A stretch of 35,462 nt of DNA, from positions 1 to 35,462 of the forward strand of contig JAFVXX010000114.1 of assembly GCA_017500905.1 (NCBI GenBank). The letters run 5' to 3'. The stretch is from Clostridia bacterium (GTDB lineage: Bacteria; Bacillota; Clostridia; Christensenellales; CAG-314). A model generated the notes under the pieces. The model saw nothing but the letters and a program-made list of their open reading frames with translations, was not told the origin of the DNA and did not search any database. Within the stretch, counting starts at the first letter, position 1, and the number at the start of each line of letters is the position of its first letter. Both the position numbers and the translations under genes were made by a program. Below, piece after piece: positions 22,857 to 30,978 of this stretch.

Positions 22857-22884
22857 GAACAAGCAAGAGCTTGTTCTTTTTTTT
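22857..22884 (+). terminator. rho-independent terminator after tRNA-Glu
   Basis: Stem gaacaagc (22857-22864) / gcttgttc (22869-22876) with loop aaga, followed by an 8-T run. Confidence 0.85.
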
Positions 22885-22987
22885 ATGTCAAATTGCAACA
22901 ATTTGACTTCACCGTTGCCATTGTAGCACCTTTGAAAAAATTTGCAACTACAAATTGGTTTTCGGTAGCAAATTGACAATATTTTGC

Positions 22988-23013
22988 AAAAAAAGACGCT
23001 CCCTGTGGGAGCG
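22988..23013 (-). terminator. orphan terminator-like hairpin with no annotated upstream gene
   Basis: Stem cgctccc (22997-23003) / gggagcg (23007-23013) with loop tgt. On the minus strand it is followed by TCTTTTTTT. No convincing minus-strand CDS lies upstream of it. Confidence 0.4.
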
Positions 23014-23279
23014 CCTTGGCTGGTCGTACGTGACCAATCGAATACATGGAAAATATAGAGGAGATTAAACATAAACACAAAAAAGGGTTTACAAGGGGGG
23101 GTATTCGATTGATCTACGTGCTTATTGTAAGACGTAATCATTAAATAAACCTTAAAAAACGTGCAATTGCAAAAAATGCCTGTTGACTAATCGTCCATTT
23201 TGTGATACCTTGTAATTACACTTCAGTTGAGTTTAAGACAAAATTTGTAAAATTTTGGCATACATAGGAGAAAACAGCC

Positions 23280-23957
23280 ATGAAAATACTAATAATTGAT
23301 GATGAAGTCAAGCTTGCCGACGCCATAGGCGAATTGTTTCGCCAACACAAATACGTGGTAGACGTTGTCTATGACGGAGAGGACGGCTTGTATTGCGCCA
23401 ACAACGGCGATTACGACGTTGTTTTGCTGGACGTAATGATGCCCAATATGGATGGCTTTGAGGTAATCAAAAAGCTGCGAGAAAGCAAAAATGCCGTCCC
23501 CGTAATTATGCTTACGGCAAAGGACGACCTTCAAAGCAAGGTCAAAGGCTTGGACCTTGGTGCAGACGACTACCTGCCCAAGCCCTTTGCCATGGAAGAA
23601 TTGCTTGCTCGTGTGCGTGCCTTGGCACGTCGTCACGGCGAAATGGTTGTAGACACCGTTTGCTACCGGGACGTTGTGCTTAACACCAGCAACTACACCC
23701 TTCATTGTGGCGACAAATCGGTTAGTCTTGGCGCAAAGGAGTACAACATACTGTACTTTATGCTGACCAATCCCAAGCAAGTGCTGTCCAAGGATATGAT
23801 TATATCCAAGGTGTGGGGGCTGGATTGCGACATCACCGAAAACGACGTAGAGGCGTACATGTCCTTTTTGCGCAAAAAGCTTAGCTTTGTAGGAAGCAAG
23901 CTGACCATACTAAGCAAGCGTATGCTTGGCTACTACTTGGAGACCGACCGTGATTAA
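23280..23957 (+). CDS. OmpR/PhoB-family response regulator
   Basis: 225 aa. The receiver domain reads MKILIIDDE...VVLLDVMMPNMDG...MLTAKD. The C-terminal winged-helix region contains LGAKEYNILYFMLTNPKQVLSKDMIISKVWG. SD is AGGAGA. Confidence 0.95.
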   Translation: MKILIIDDEVKLADAIGELFRQHKYVVDVVYDGEDGLYCANNGDYDVVLLDVMMPNMDGFEVIKKLRESKNAVPVIMLTAKDDLQSKVKGLDLGADDYLPKPFAMEELLARVRALARRHGEMVVDTVCYRDVVLNTSNYTLHCGDKSVSLGAKEYNILYFMLTNPKQVLSKDMIISKVWGLDCDITENDVEAYMSFLRKKLSFVGSKLTILSKRMLGYYLETDRD

Positions 23958-25194
23958 GAAGCTCAAAAAGAAAATTGCACTAATCAACCTTGTGCTTGCA
24001 GGCATAATCCTGTTTACTGCACTGCTGGTGGTGTTTGTAATTGGCTCGTCACGTATACAAAAGGATACGCAACGCCGTATACAAAGCGTGCTGCAGGGCG
24101 AGACAACCGTGCAGGACATACAAACCAACGACGAGCTTAGCGACATTTCGCTGATTGTAATTGACAGCAGCAACGTTGCGCGCATTTACAGCTCGCACAA
24201 ATCCCGACTGGAAAACGACGAGCTTATGCAGGCTGTGCCCCACATACTGCAAGCAAAAAAGGACAGTGGCTACGTGATGCGTATGCGCTGCAAGTACGTG
24301 CGCCAGGTGGACGTACAACAGGGCACAACAAAAATAGTTGTGCTGGACGGCTTTGCCCGTAGCAGCAACTACGGCAGCTACTTTTCGCTGTCGGCACTGC
24401 TGGCGTTTGTAAGTCTGGGGCTTTTTTACGTAATAAGCACAATGCTTGCACACATCGCACTGCAGCCTGTAGAAGAAAGCTGGCAAAAGCAAACGCAATT
24501 TGTTGCTGATGCCTCGCACGAGCTAAAAACACCCCTTTCCATCATCATGGCAAACACAGACATCGTCACCTCACACGCAGACGAATCGGTGCAAAGCCAA
24601 ATGAAGTGGCTGGAGGCAACACGTAGCGAAAGTCAACGCATGAGCGAGCTGGTATCCAATTTGTTGTTTTTGACCAAAAACGACAGCGGATTGCAGGTCA
24701 ACATGGAAAAGGTTAGCCTTAGCGACTGCGTTGGCACCACTGCACTAAGCTGTGACGCCATATTTTACGAAAACGGCAAAACCTTCAACTTTGACGTCCC
24801 GTTGGACGTGTACGTATACGGCAACAAGCAGCAGCTGCAACAGCTTGTAACCATACTGCTGGACAATGCCAACAAGTACAGCACGGGCGTAGGAAACGTA
24901 CAGCTGACGCTGCAGCAGGCAGACAAATACGCTCAGATTACCATTTCCAACGACAGCACCCAACTAAGCGACGAGCAAATTGCACGCATGTTTGACAGGT
25001 TTTACACGTTGGACTCGTCCCACAACAAAAATCTTAGTGGACACGGCCTTGGCCTTGCCATTGCAAAGTCTATTTGCGAAACGCACAACGGCAAAATAAA
25101 GGCGGACCACAGCAACGGTCGCACCTCTATCAGCGTAAGCATCCCCTTGTACGACAGCAAAAAGACAAAAAAACTGCTTGCCAGCAAAAACTAA
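23950..25194 (+). CDS. sensor histidine kinase
   Basis: Start placed at the GTG at 23950 (GGAG 8 nt upstream, GTGATTAA overlap with the regulator's stop); the track's TTG at 23926 is the alternative. It has two TM segments. The H-box is ADASHELKTPLS, the N-box LLDNANKYS and the G-box GHGLGLAIAKSICE. Confidence 0.9.
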   Translation: MIKKLKKKIALINLVLAGIILFTALLVVFVIGSSRIQKDTQRRIQSVLQGETTVQDIQTNDELSDISLIVIDSSNVARIYSSHKSRLENDELMQAVPHILQAKKDSGYVMRMRCKYVRQVDVQQGTTKIVVLDGFARSSNYGSYFSLSALLAFVSLGLFYVISTMLAHIALQPVEESWQKQTQFVADASHELKTPLSIIMANTDIVTSHADESVQSQMKWLEATRSESQRMSELVSNLLFLTKNDSGLQVNMEKVSLSDCVGTTALSCDAIFYENGKTFNFDVPLDVYVYGNKQQLQQLVTILLDNANKYSTGVGNVQLTLQQADKYAQITISNDSTQLSDEQIARMFDRFYTLDSSHNKNLSGHGLGLAIAKSICETHNGKIKADHSNGRTSISVSIPLYDSKKTKKLLASKN

Positions 25195-25201
25195 TCTACA
25201 C

Positions 25202-25243
25202 AAAAAAGCAAGGAGCTTGGTAAACCCAAGTTCCTTGCTTTTT
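25202..25243. terminator. bidirectional terminator between the kinase gene and sdaA
   Basis: Stem gcaaggagcttgg (25208-25220) / ccaagttccttgc (25226-25238) with one G:U pair, flanked by an A-run and a T-run. Confidence 0.8.
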
Positions 25244-25250
25244 GTAACAA

Positions 25251-26444
25251 TCACTTTGTTGTGTAGTGCTTTGCCAAGCCACCAAGCGAGGTTTCCCTGT
25301 AGCCTGCATTGATGTCCTTGCCCGTTTCGTACATGGTCTTAAGCACCATATCCAGCGAGATTTTGCCGCTGTCGGCCAAAAACCCTGCCAGATTTACTGC
25401 GTTGATGGCACGCATTGCAGCAACGGCGTTACGCTCGATACAGGGGATTTGTACCAATCCACCAATGGGGTCGCACGTAAGTCCCAGATGATGCTCCAGC
25501 GCAACCTCGGCTGCGTACTCAATTTCGTCAATGCTCATACCCAGCATTTCGGCAAGGCCTGCTGCTGCCATGCTGCATGCAACGCCCACCTCGGCCTGAC
25601 AGCCGCACTCTGCACCACTGATGGATGCGTTGTGCTTTGCAAGATTGCCTACAAGGCCTGCCGTCATCAATCCATGAACGACGGTGTCAAGCCCAAGCGA
25701 ACGCACCTCCGATTCGTACCTAAACACGGCAGGAAGCACGCCACATGCACCACAGGTGGGGGCAGTAACTATTTCGCCACCACTGGCATTTTGCTCGCCA
25801 ACGGCAAAGGCGTAGGCTGCTACGACACGGTTTTCGTAGGTGCGCTGATCCTCGTTGACAAGGGGCTGCGACAGCTTTTTTGCACGTCGAACAACGCCCA
25901 AGCCACCCTCCAGCACGCCCTCGGCAGCAAGGCCTTGATTGATGGCGTTGCACATTGTTTGCCACATTTGCTCAAGGTAGACCACAACGTCGTCGCCCTC
26001 GCATTGCAAAACGTACTGCCACAATCTAAGCCCATTGTCCTTGCAATATTGCTTGATTTCGGCAAAGCTTTTGTGAGGATAGACAGGCTTGTGGCTTGCC
26101 CCCTCCTCGCCTTCGATGACGATTGCTCCGCCACCGATGCTAAATACACGCATTTGGCAGGGGACGTCCCCCTCCGTTGCGTAAAAATCCATTGTGTTGG
26201 GATGAGGCACAGGTGTGTTGCAATCAAAGATAATGTCCACCTGATTGTTACCAAACGCCTTGGCGATTGCCCTGTCGGTGCCGTGTCCCTTGCCCGTCAA
26301 AGCCAACGAGCCGTACAGCACCACCTTGCATTGGTCCGCATTGGGGTAGCGTTGCAAAAAGCATTGCACTGCCTTGACCGGCCCCATTGTGTGCGAGCTG
26401 GACGGACCAACTCCCTGCTTGTACAAATCCTTGATGGTAATCAT
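25251..26444 (-). CDS. sdaA: L-serine ammonia-lyase (iron-sulfur dependent, single-chain type)
   Basis: Start set at the ATG at 26444, giving MITIKDLYKQGVGPSSSHTMGPVKA, the canonical SdaA N-terminus. It overlaps the dtd stop as TAATG. Cys residues are present in the C-terminal alpha-like domain (APTCGACGVLP). Confidence 0.9.
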   Translation of the reverse strand: MITIKDLYKQGVGPSSSHTMGPVKAVQCFLQRYPNADQCKVVLYGSLALTGKGHGTDRAIAKAFGNNQVDIIFDCNTPVPHPNTMDFYATEGDVPCQMRVFSIGGGAIVIEGEEGASHKPVYPHKSFAEIKQYCKDNGLRLWQYVLQCEGDDVVVYLEQMWQTMCNAINQGLAAEGVLEGGLGVVRRAKKLSQPLVNEDQRTYENRVVAAYAFAVGEQNASGGEIVTAPTCGACGVLPAVFRYESEVRSLGLDTVVHGLMTAGLVGNLAKHNASISGAECGCQAEVGVACSMAAAGLAEMLGMSIDEIEYAAEVALEHHLGLTCDPIGGLVQIPCIERNAVAAMRAINAVNLAGFLADSGKISLDMVLKTMYETGKDINAGYRETSLGGLAKHYTTK

Positions 26445-26884
26445 TACTTTTTCTCCATTACAATGGTGACAGGGCCATCGTTGCATTGATTGATAGTCAT
26501 ATCTGCACCAAAAACACCCAACTGCACGGGTACTCCGTAAGCCTTCAAAAACTCGGCAAAGTTTAGATACAAAACGTTGGCAAGCTTAGGCTCTTCGGCC
26601 TGAGTAAATGAGGGACGATGTCCGTGATCGGTATCTGCCAAAAGGGTAAACTGCGAAACAAGCAACACCTGACCACCCACATCCACTACGGAGTGATTCA
26701 TCTTGCCGTTGTCGTCCTCAAATATGCGCAATTTGGCAATTTTGCGCGCAAGGTAGGCAGCACTGACGTTGATGTCGCCCTTCTCGATGCCAAGATACAC
26801 CACAAGCCCCTTGTCAATTGCCGAAACTTGCTTGCCGTCTACCCATAAATTTGCTTTTTTTACACGTTGAATTACTACTTTCAT
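26444..26884 (-). CDS. dtd: D-aminoacyl-tRNA deacylase
   Basis: 146 aa, MKVVIQRVKKANLWVDGKQVSAIDKGLVVYLGIEKGD...SQFTLLADT..GHRPSF...GADM. This is the standard Dtd pattern. Confidence 0.9.
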   Translation of the reverse strand: MKVVIQRVKKANLWVDGKQVSAIDKGLVVYLGIEKGDINVSAAYLARKIAKLRIFEDDNGKMNHSVVDVGGQVLLVSQFTLLADTDHGHRPSFTQAEEPKLANVLYLNFAEFLKAYGVPVQLGVFGADMTINQCNDGPVTIVMEKK

Positions 26885-26889
26885 ATTTC

Positions 26890-26914
26890 AAAAAGCGATT
26901 GTTGCCAATCGCTT
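26890..26914 (-). terminator. hairpin (weak terminator or attenuator) between the kinase gene and dtd
   Basis: Stem aagcgattg (26893-26901) / caatcgctt (26906-26914) with loop ttgc. On the minus strand it is followed by TTTTTGAAAT and then directly by the dtd ATG. Confidence 0.45.
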
Positions 26915-26925
26915 CGTTACTGATG

Positions 26926-27477
26926 TCATCTGTTGAGCCACTCTAAAAATTTGTCAAATTGATTTTTCAGGTCTTGCACGCTGCCGTTGTTGTCAATGTA
27001 GTAATCGGCAATGGAAATAGGGCCACCCTTTTCAAGATTTTCAATTTCCGAAACGTCACGACTAAATGCTTGCTCGGCTGTAAGTGGTCTAAACTCACGG
27101 CAAGCCAAGCGTTGATAGCGCACGCTGCGATTGGTTGTGATTGCAAGCACCACCAAATCATCACCAAATTTTTCACGAAGGATTTTGTACTCCGACCAGC
27201 TGTAAAGCCCATCCAAAACGGTGTTAGTTTTGTCCAGCTTTTGTGCAATTTCTTCCACCAAAAGCAATGCAAATGCACCCATTCCGTATTGCTTTCTAAG
27301 CCCTTCACGCATTGCACGCTCGTTGGCCTCGTTGATTTCCAGTCCTTGCTTTTTAAGCTGAGCAACCGTTACGCCGCCAAAGTACACCTTTTCCCATCCC
27401 AGCTGAGTAAAAAACTCCGTCAAGACGGATTTGCCACTACCACACATTCCTACAAGTGCTACTGCTTTGTTTGCCAT
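26926..27477 (-). CDS. P-loop nucleotide/nucleoside kinase-like protein (dephospho-CoA-kinase-like / dNMP-kinase-like)
   Basis: Start set at the ATG at 27477 behind AGGAGA. The Walker A region is VALVGMCGSGKS. The protein is about 183 aa with a lid-like R-rich segment (NRSVRYQRLACREFRPL). Confidence 0.65.
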   Translation of the reverse strand: MANKAVALVGMCGSGKSVLTEFFTQLGWEKVYFGGVTVAQLKKQGLEINEANERAMREGLRKQYGMGAFALLLVEEIAQKLDKTNTVLDGLYSWSEYKILREKFGDDLVVLAITTNRSVRYQRLACREFRPLTAEQAFSRDVSEIENLEKGGPISIADYYIDNNGSVQDLKNQFDKFLEWLNR

Positions 27478-27579
27478 ATAAATTGTCTCCTGATGTGTTT
27501 TTATTAAGTATACCAAATTTGAAGGCTTTTGAAAAGTATTTTGTAGCAATGTGCCAACTAAATATTTTGCAAAACGCTA

Positions 27580-27608
27580 TTGACCAAAATTGTTTTGCGT
27601 GTTATAAT
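27580..27608 (+). promoter_or_regulatory. sigma-70 consensus-like promoter for the MarR gene
   Basis: TTGACC (27580-27585), 17 nt, TATAAT (27603-27608). Confidence 0.55.
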
Positions 27609-27627
27609 TTAATTTATGAGGTGCACT

Positions 27628-28080
27628 ATGACAGAAAAAATTTCGCAAATGACGCAGTCGGTTTTTTACCTATATCCAACCATACGCAAAAGCTTTCGCT
27701 CGTTGGTGGCGCTAAAGTCGCTACCCCTATCCACAACACAGCTGGTATGCCTAAACACCGTTGGGGCGCTGGGCTCGTGCACAATGTCTGCCCTTGCTAA
27801 GGAGCTGCAAATGAGCAACCAACAGCTTACAAAGGTTGTAGATGCCCTTGTCGAAATGGGCACCGTCGAGCGCAAATGCAACGAAAAAAATCGCCGTCAA
27901 ATACTTGTTTGCACCACCGAAAAGGGTACAAAGCTGTTGACAGACCTGCGTTGCGAGGTAAACAAGCGCCTTGCCGAGCTATTTGTTTCGCTGCCAAGTG
28001 ATGAAAGCCAAAGCCTGATTGACAGCATACAAGGCTTGTTGGACAATCTGATGCGATTGGACGCAAAGTACAAAAAGTAA
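27628..28080 (+). CDS. MarR-family transcriptional regulator
   Basis: Start set at the ATG at 27628 (GAGGTG SD); 27616 is the alternative. The winged-helix region is LSTTQLVCLNTVGALGSCTMSALAKELQMSNQQLTKVVDALVEMGTVERKCNEKNRRQILVCTTEKG. Confidence 0.9.
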   Translation: MTEKISQMTQSVFYLYPTIRKSFRSLVALKSLPLSTTQLVCLNTVGALGSCTMSALAKELQMSNQQLTKVVDALVEMGTVERKCNEKNRRQILVCTTEKGTKLLTDLRCEVNKRLAELFVSLPSDESQSLIDSIQGLLDNLMRLDAKYKK

Positions 28081-28103
28081 TTTGCCTGCACCATTTACTA
28101 CCA

Positions 28104-28146
28104 AAAATCAAAAGCACACTGACTTGTAGTCAGTGTGCTTTTTTGA
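28104..28146. terminator. bidirectional terminator between MarR and the flippase-like gene
   Basis: A 13-bp stem aagcacactgact (28112-28124) / agtcagtgtgctt (28128-28140), followed by a T-run and preceded by A-rich sequence. Confidence 0.85.
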
Positions 28147-28156
28147 TGTCAAAGTT

Positions 28157-29437
28157 TTATTCAGCTTGCTGGCTGTCAGCGTCCTCTTGCTCTTGCTGAG
28201 GCTTTTGCTCCTCTACTGCTGCCTGAGCAGCGTCCCTTGCCAAACGCTTTTGTCTGCCCTTACGGACGCCGTTTCGAATCATTTCAAATATGGTGATGCC
28301 AAATCCCACCAAAATGTACACGTAGTACACCAGGCTTCGCCATGTAAGCACTACCCAAAACAGAACTTCCTCGGTGATTTTGGAAAATGCCGCCATTACT
28401 GCCGACTCCAACGCACCACTGTTGCCGGGTGTAGGTACAACCGTTACGGCAAGCGTTGCAAACACGTTTAGTGTAATTACGTCAAACAGCGTTGCAATGC
28501 CTCCTGCATCGGACAGACCGTTGTAGGCACGCATTACAAAGTAGGGCAATGCAAACACAAGGGTTACTTCCATTGCACAAAGCAACAGTAAAACAAGCAA
28601 TCTCCAAGGGTGATGAATCATGATGGATATTGCCGCCTTGAAGTCCTTGACCGTCTTAAACGCCTTGTTTTGCGTCCTTTCCTCGTTTTTTACAATCCTA
28701 AGCTTTGCGCCCAGCCTGACAACGCCACGCACTATTGCCGTGCCGACGTTGGGTAGCAGCATAAAAAATATGGCAAAAACAGGCAAAATCATGTTGATTG
28801 ACCAGCCCAGCCAACCACCTGCAACAAGCGTTCCTTGCATTTCAGGCGCCAATCCCGTCAAGGCGTCCTTGTTGAATATCATTGCAACGGCAGACACCGT
28901 AAGCCACATAAATATGTTGGCAATGTACTTAATCAAAATTACGGCAGTGGACGTGCCACCCGAAAAGCCCTTTTTGTGAAGGTAGCTTATTTGCCAGGGC
29001 TGACCACCCGAAGCAAAGGGAGTCACGTTGTCGTAGTACTTGCCCAAAAACATAACCTTGATGCTTTCCTTCCAGCGAGGCTTGCCGTCGATGACCGAAA
29101 TGATGGTTGCATACTTGCTGCTTTCCAGCGTAAACAACACAAACAGCACGCCCACGGTAACAAGAGCAAACGTCACGTCGGCATTGGCAATTACTTCGTC
29201 AAAGGATTTGATCCCACCCTCCATGTTTTGACCAAGCTGAAGCATAATGAAAATTGTAGCACAAATGACAACAACCAGCAATATGTTGCTAAGCCAATTG
29301 TTGCGCTTCTTTTTGGGCTCGACGGGTGCAGAATCGTTTTCTGCAAAGGTTTGCATTGCGCTTTCCATCGATTGTGGAACAAACAATTTTTCGCCATTAG
29401 CCTTTTTATTAAGTTTTTCTTGGTTATCCTTTTTCAT
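28157..29437 (-). CDS. flippase-like membrane protein (LPG-synthase-TM / UPF0104-like)
   Basis: 426 aa with about 8 TM segments. Conserved-looking blocks are TPFASGGQPWQISYL and VVPTPGNSGALESAV (compare the P.PGG.G..E block of this family). Both the N- and C-terminal tails are charged. Confidence 0.65.
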   Translation of the reverse strand: MKKDNQEKLNKKANGEKLFVPQSMESAMQTFAENDSAPVEPKKKRNNWLSNILLVVVICATIFIMLQLGQNMEGGIKSFDEVIANADVTFALVTVGVLFVLFTLESSKYATIISVIDGKPRWKESIKVMFLGKYYDNVTPFASGGQPWQISYLHKKGFSGGTSTAVILIKYIANIFMWLTVSAVAMIFNKDALTGLAPEMQGTLVAGGWLGWSINMILPVFAIFFMLLPNVGTAIVRGVVRLGAKLRIVKNEERTQNKAFKTVKDFKAAISIMIHHPWRLLVLLLLCAMEVTLVFALPYFVMRAYNGLSDAGGIATLFDVITLNVFATLAVTVVPTPGNSGALESAVMAAFSKITEEVLFWVVLTWRSLVYYVYILVGFGITIFEMIRNGVRKGRQKRLARDAAQAAVEEQKPQQEQEDADSQQAE

Positions 29438-29517
29438 GATTATCCTAAAACTTGATTAAAGCCATTTCTAATTGTATCACACTTGCCTACTACTTTACAA
29501 TGATTTTGGCAAAATTG

Positions 29518-30261
29518 TTACAATTTTTTGTAATCTGCCACAAAAGTGAAGCAATTTGCGCCGTCTTTTTGCCCCAAAACCCTGTGATGACCGTCTTTTA
29601 GGCTGCTGTACAGCTTAAGCATGTCACCCAAGTGGCACTCTCCGTGGTATGTTACTTCAAATTTGCCGGCATACGTGCCGTCAAGAGTTTTTTCGTCAAG
29701 ACAATCAACGGCAAAGTCAGCGTACTTTGTGTTGTTGACGTGACGATTGAGGTCCAAATCCGACCAGCGAATTTGCCTGCTGTAGCTTTCGCTGAAGGTG
29801 TCGTCCAAAACAATCTTTTGACCTTCAAATTGAGCTCCGCATATCTTATCCAGGTAGTCGCCATCGTAAAAGCGCTGCGAAACATCCTTGGGATTGACCA
29901 TTTTGCGTGTGGTGTAGTCGATTATGCACCAGCGTGAAATGGCCTCAGCAACCAACTGTCCGTTGCCGTTGTGTATTTGGTAGTGTCTGTCAGCAACAAA
30001 TCTGTTGGGTACAACAGGCCAGGTTGTAACGGTGACAACGTCGTTTAGCATTACAGGGGTGTGAACCTGAACTGCAACCTTAGATACAACCCACAGCGTG
30101 TTGCAAGAGGCAAGGGCCTTCCAACCGTAACCAAGATGGTCGGCGTGCAGCACGGCAACGTCCTGACAAATTTGCAAAAGATACTTGCACGTTGCGACGT
30201 TGTTGGCGTCCACACAGCTTGTGGTTACGTCAAAGGATTTGCTTAGGTAGTTTTGCTTCAT
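29518..30261 (-). CDS. acyl-[acyl-carrier-protein] thioesterase
   Basis: 247 aa with a double hot-dog layout. The blocks VDANNVATCKYLLQICQDVAVLHADHLG, LWVVSKVAVQVH and DLDLNRHVNNTKY are typical of the FatA/B-like family. The ATGA start overlaps the upstream PII gene's stop. Confidence 0.8.
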   Translation of the reverse strand: MKQNYLSKSFDVTTSCVDANNVATCKYLLQICQDVAVLHADHLGYGWKALASCNTLWVVSKVAVQVHTPVMLNDVVTVTTWPVVPNRFVADRHYQIHNGNGQLVAEAISRWCIIDYTTRKMVNPKDVSQRFYDGDYLDKICGAQFEGQKIVLDDTFSESYSRQIRWSDLDLNRHVNNTKYADFAVDCLDEKTLDGTYAGKFEVTYHGECHLGDMLKLYSSLKDGHHRVLGQKDGANCFTFVADYKKL

Positions 30262-30632
30262 TGCTCGTCAACCGTAGCCTTTGGTTGAGGCTGCACGTCC
30301 TCTACCTTGTCGACGGGCTTTTCAAACACACCCACCACGTCGTCTACCGGCAAGGAAAACACAATTCCCTTGGCGTTGGTTTCCAGCCCTGCACCCTTAG
30401 CAATGGCCTTCATGATTCGTTCCTTGTCCTTTACAGGGGCAAGTATCAGTACAAACTCCTTTTCGGGTTGGATGGTTATGCCAAATAGTTGGGCAATTTC
30501 ACTGTCACCCGTGCCACGTGCGTGCAACACAGTGCCACCTGTTGCGCCTGCTGTTTTGGCTTGCTTCATCACTTCCTCCGAGTAGCCGTGATCTATGATA
30601 GTAACAATTAGTTCAAATTTGTTTTTTGCCAT
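30258..30632 (-). CDS. P-II-like signal-transduction protein
   Basis: Start set at the ATG at 30632 behind AAGGAGG. About 124 aa, KFELIVTIIDHGYSEEVMKQAKTAGATGGTVLHARGTG...EKEFVLILAP, consistent with a PII ferredoxin-like fold pattern. Confidence 0.7.
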   Translation of the reverse strand: MAKNKFELIVTIIDHGYSEEVMKQAKTAGATGGTVLHARGTGDSEIAQLFGITIQPEKEFVLILAPVKDKERIMKAIAKGAGLETNAKGIVFSLPVDDVVGVFEKPVDKVEDVQPQPKATVDEQ

Positions 30633-30642
30633 GATGGCCTCC

Positions 30643-30978
30643 TTACTTAAACATTTTGCCTGCCAGCGATTGCAGCGTTGCCATACCACCTACGCTTGTG
30701 ATGGGTATGGTAAAGAAAATGCCTGTGCCAGCCTTGCCAAACTTGTACTTGTCTACAAACAGCTTGGTTAGGTCGGCAATTTTGTCCTGCATTACGGTGC
30801 AAAGTATTACGTCCTTGCTGGGCTCGCCAATGCCAAGCACTGCAAGCACCTCCGAGTGCGCTGTGCCGTGACCGTACATCACGTTGATTACGTTGACGTA
30901 CTTGTTGATGCTTTTGACAACCTTGCGTCCAACGCTGCGGTCAACGATGATTACTGCAAGCTTAAGTTGACTTTTCAC
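30643..30978 (-). CDS. P-II-like signal-transduction protein
   Basis: 111 aa, GTG start behind AGGAGGTG, overlapping the DUF1538 stop (GTGA). LKLAVIIVDRSVGRKVVKSINKY...MYGHGTAHSE...DVILCTVMQD is PII-like. Confidence 0.7.
   Translation of the reverse strand: MKSQLKLAVIIVDRSVGRKVVKSINKYVNVINVMYGHGTAHSEVLAVLGIGEPSKDVILCTVMQDKIADLTKLFVDKYKFGKAGTGIFFTIPITSVGGMATLQSLAGKMFK

Noticed and set aside
22752-23141. ORFs 22752..23141 (-, 129 aa) and 22883..23080 (-, 65 aa).
   Set aside because: The first overlaps tRNA-Glu and its terminator. Both cross the hairpin at 22997-23013 and lack an SD.
25266-26489. A 407-aa plus-strand ORF that fully overlaps sdaA.
   Set aside because: The minus strand encodes a canonical L-serine dehydratase (GVGPSSSHT) coupled to dtd. 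The plus-strand product has no recognisable motif and no SD.
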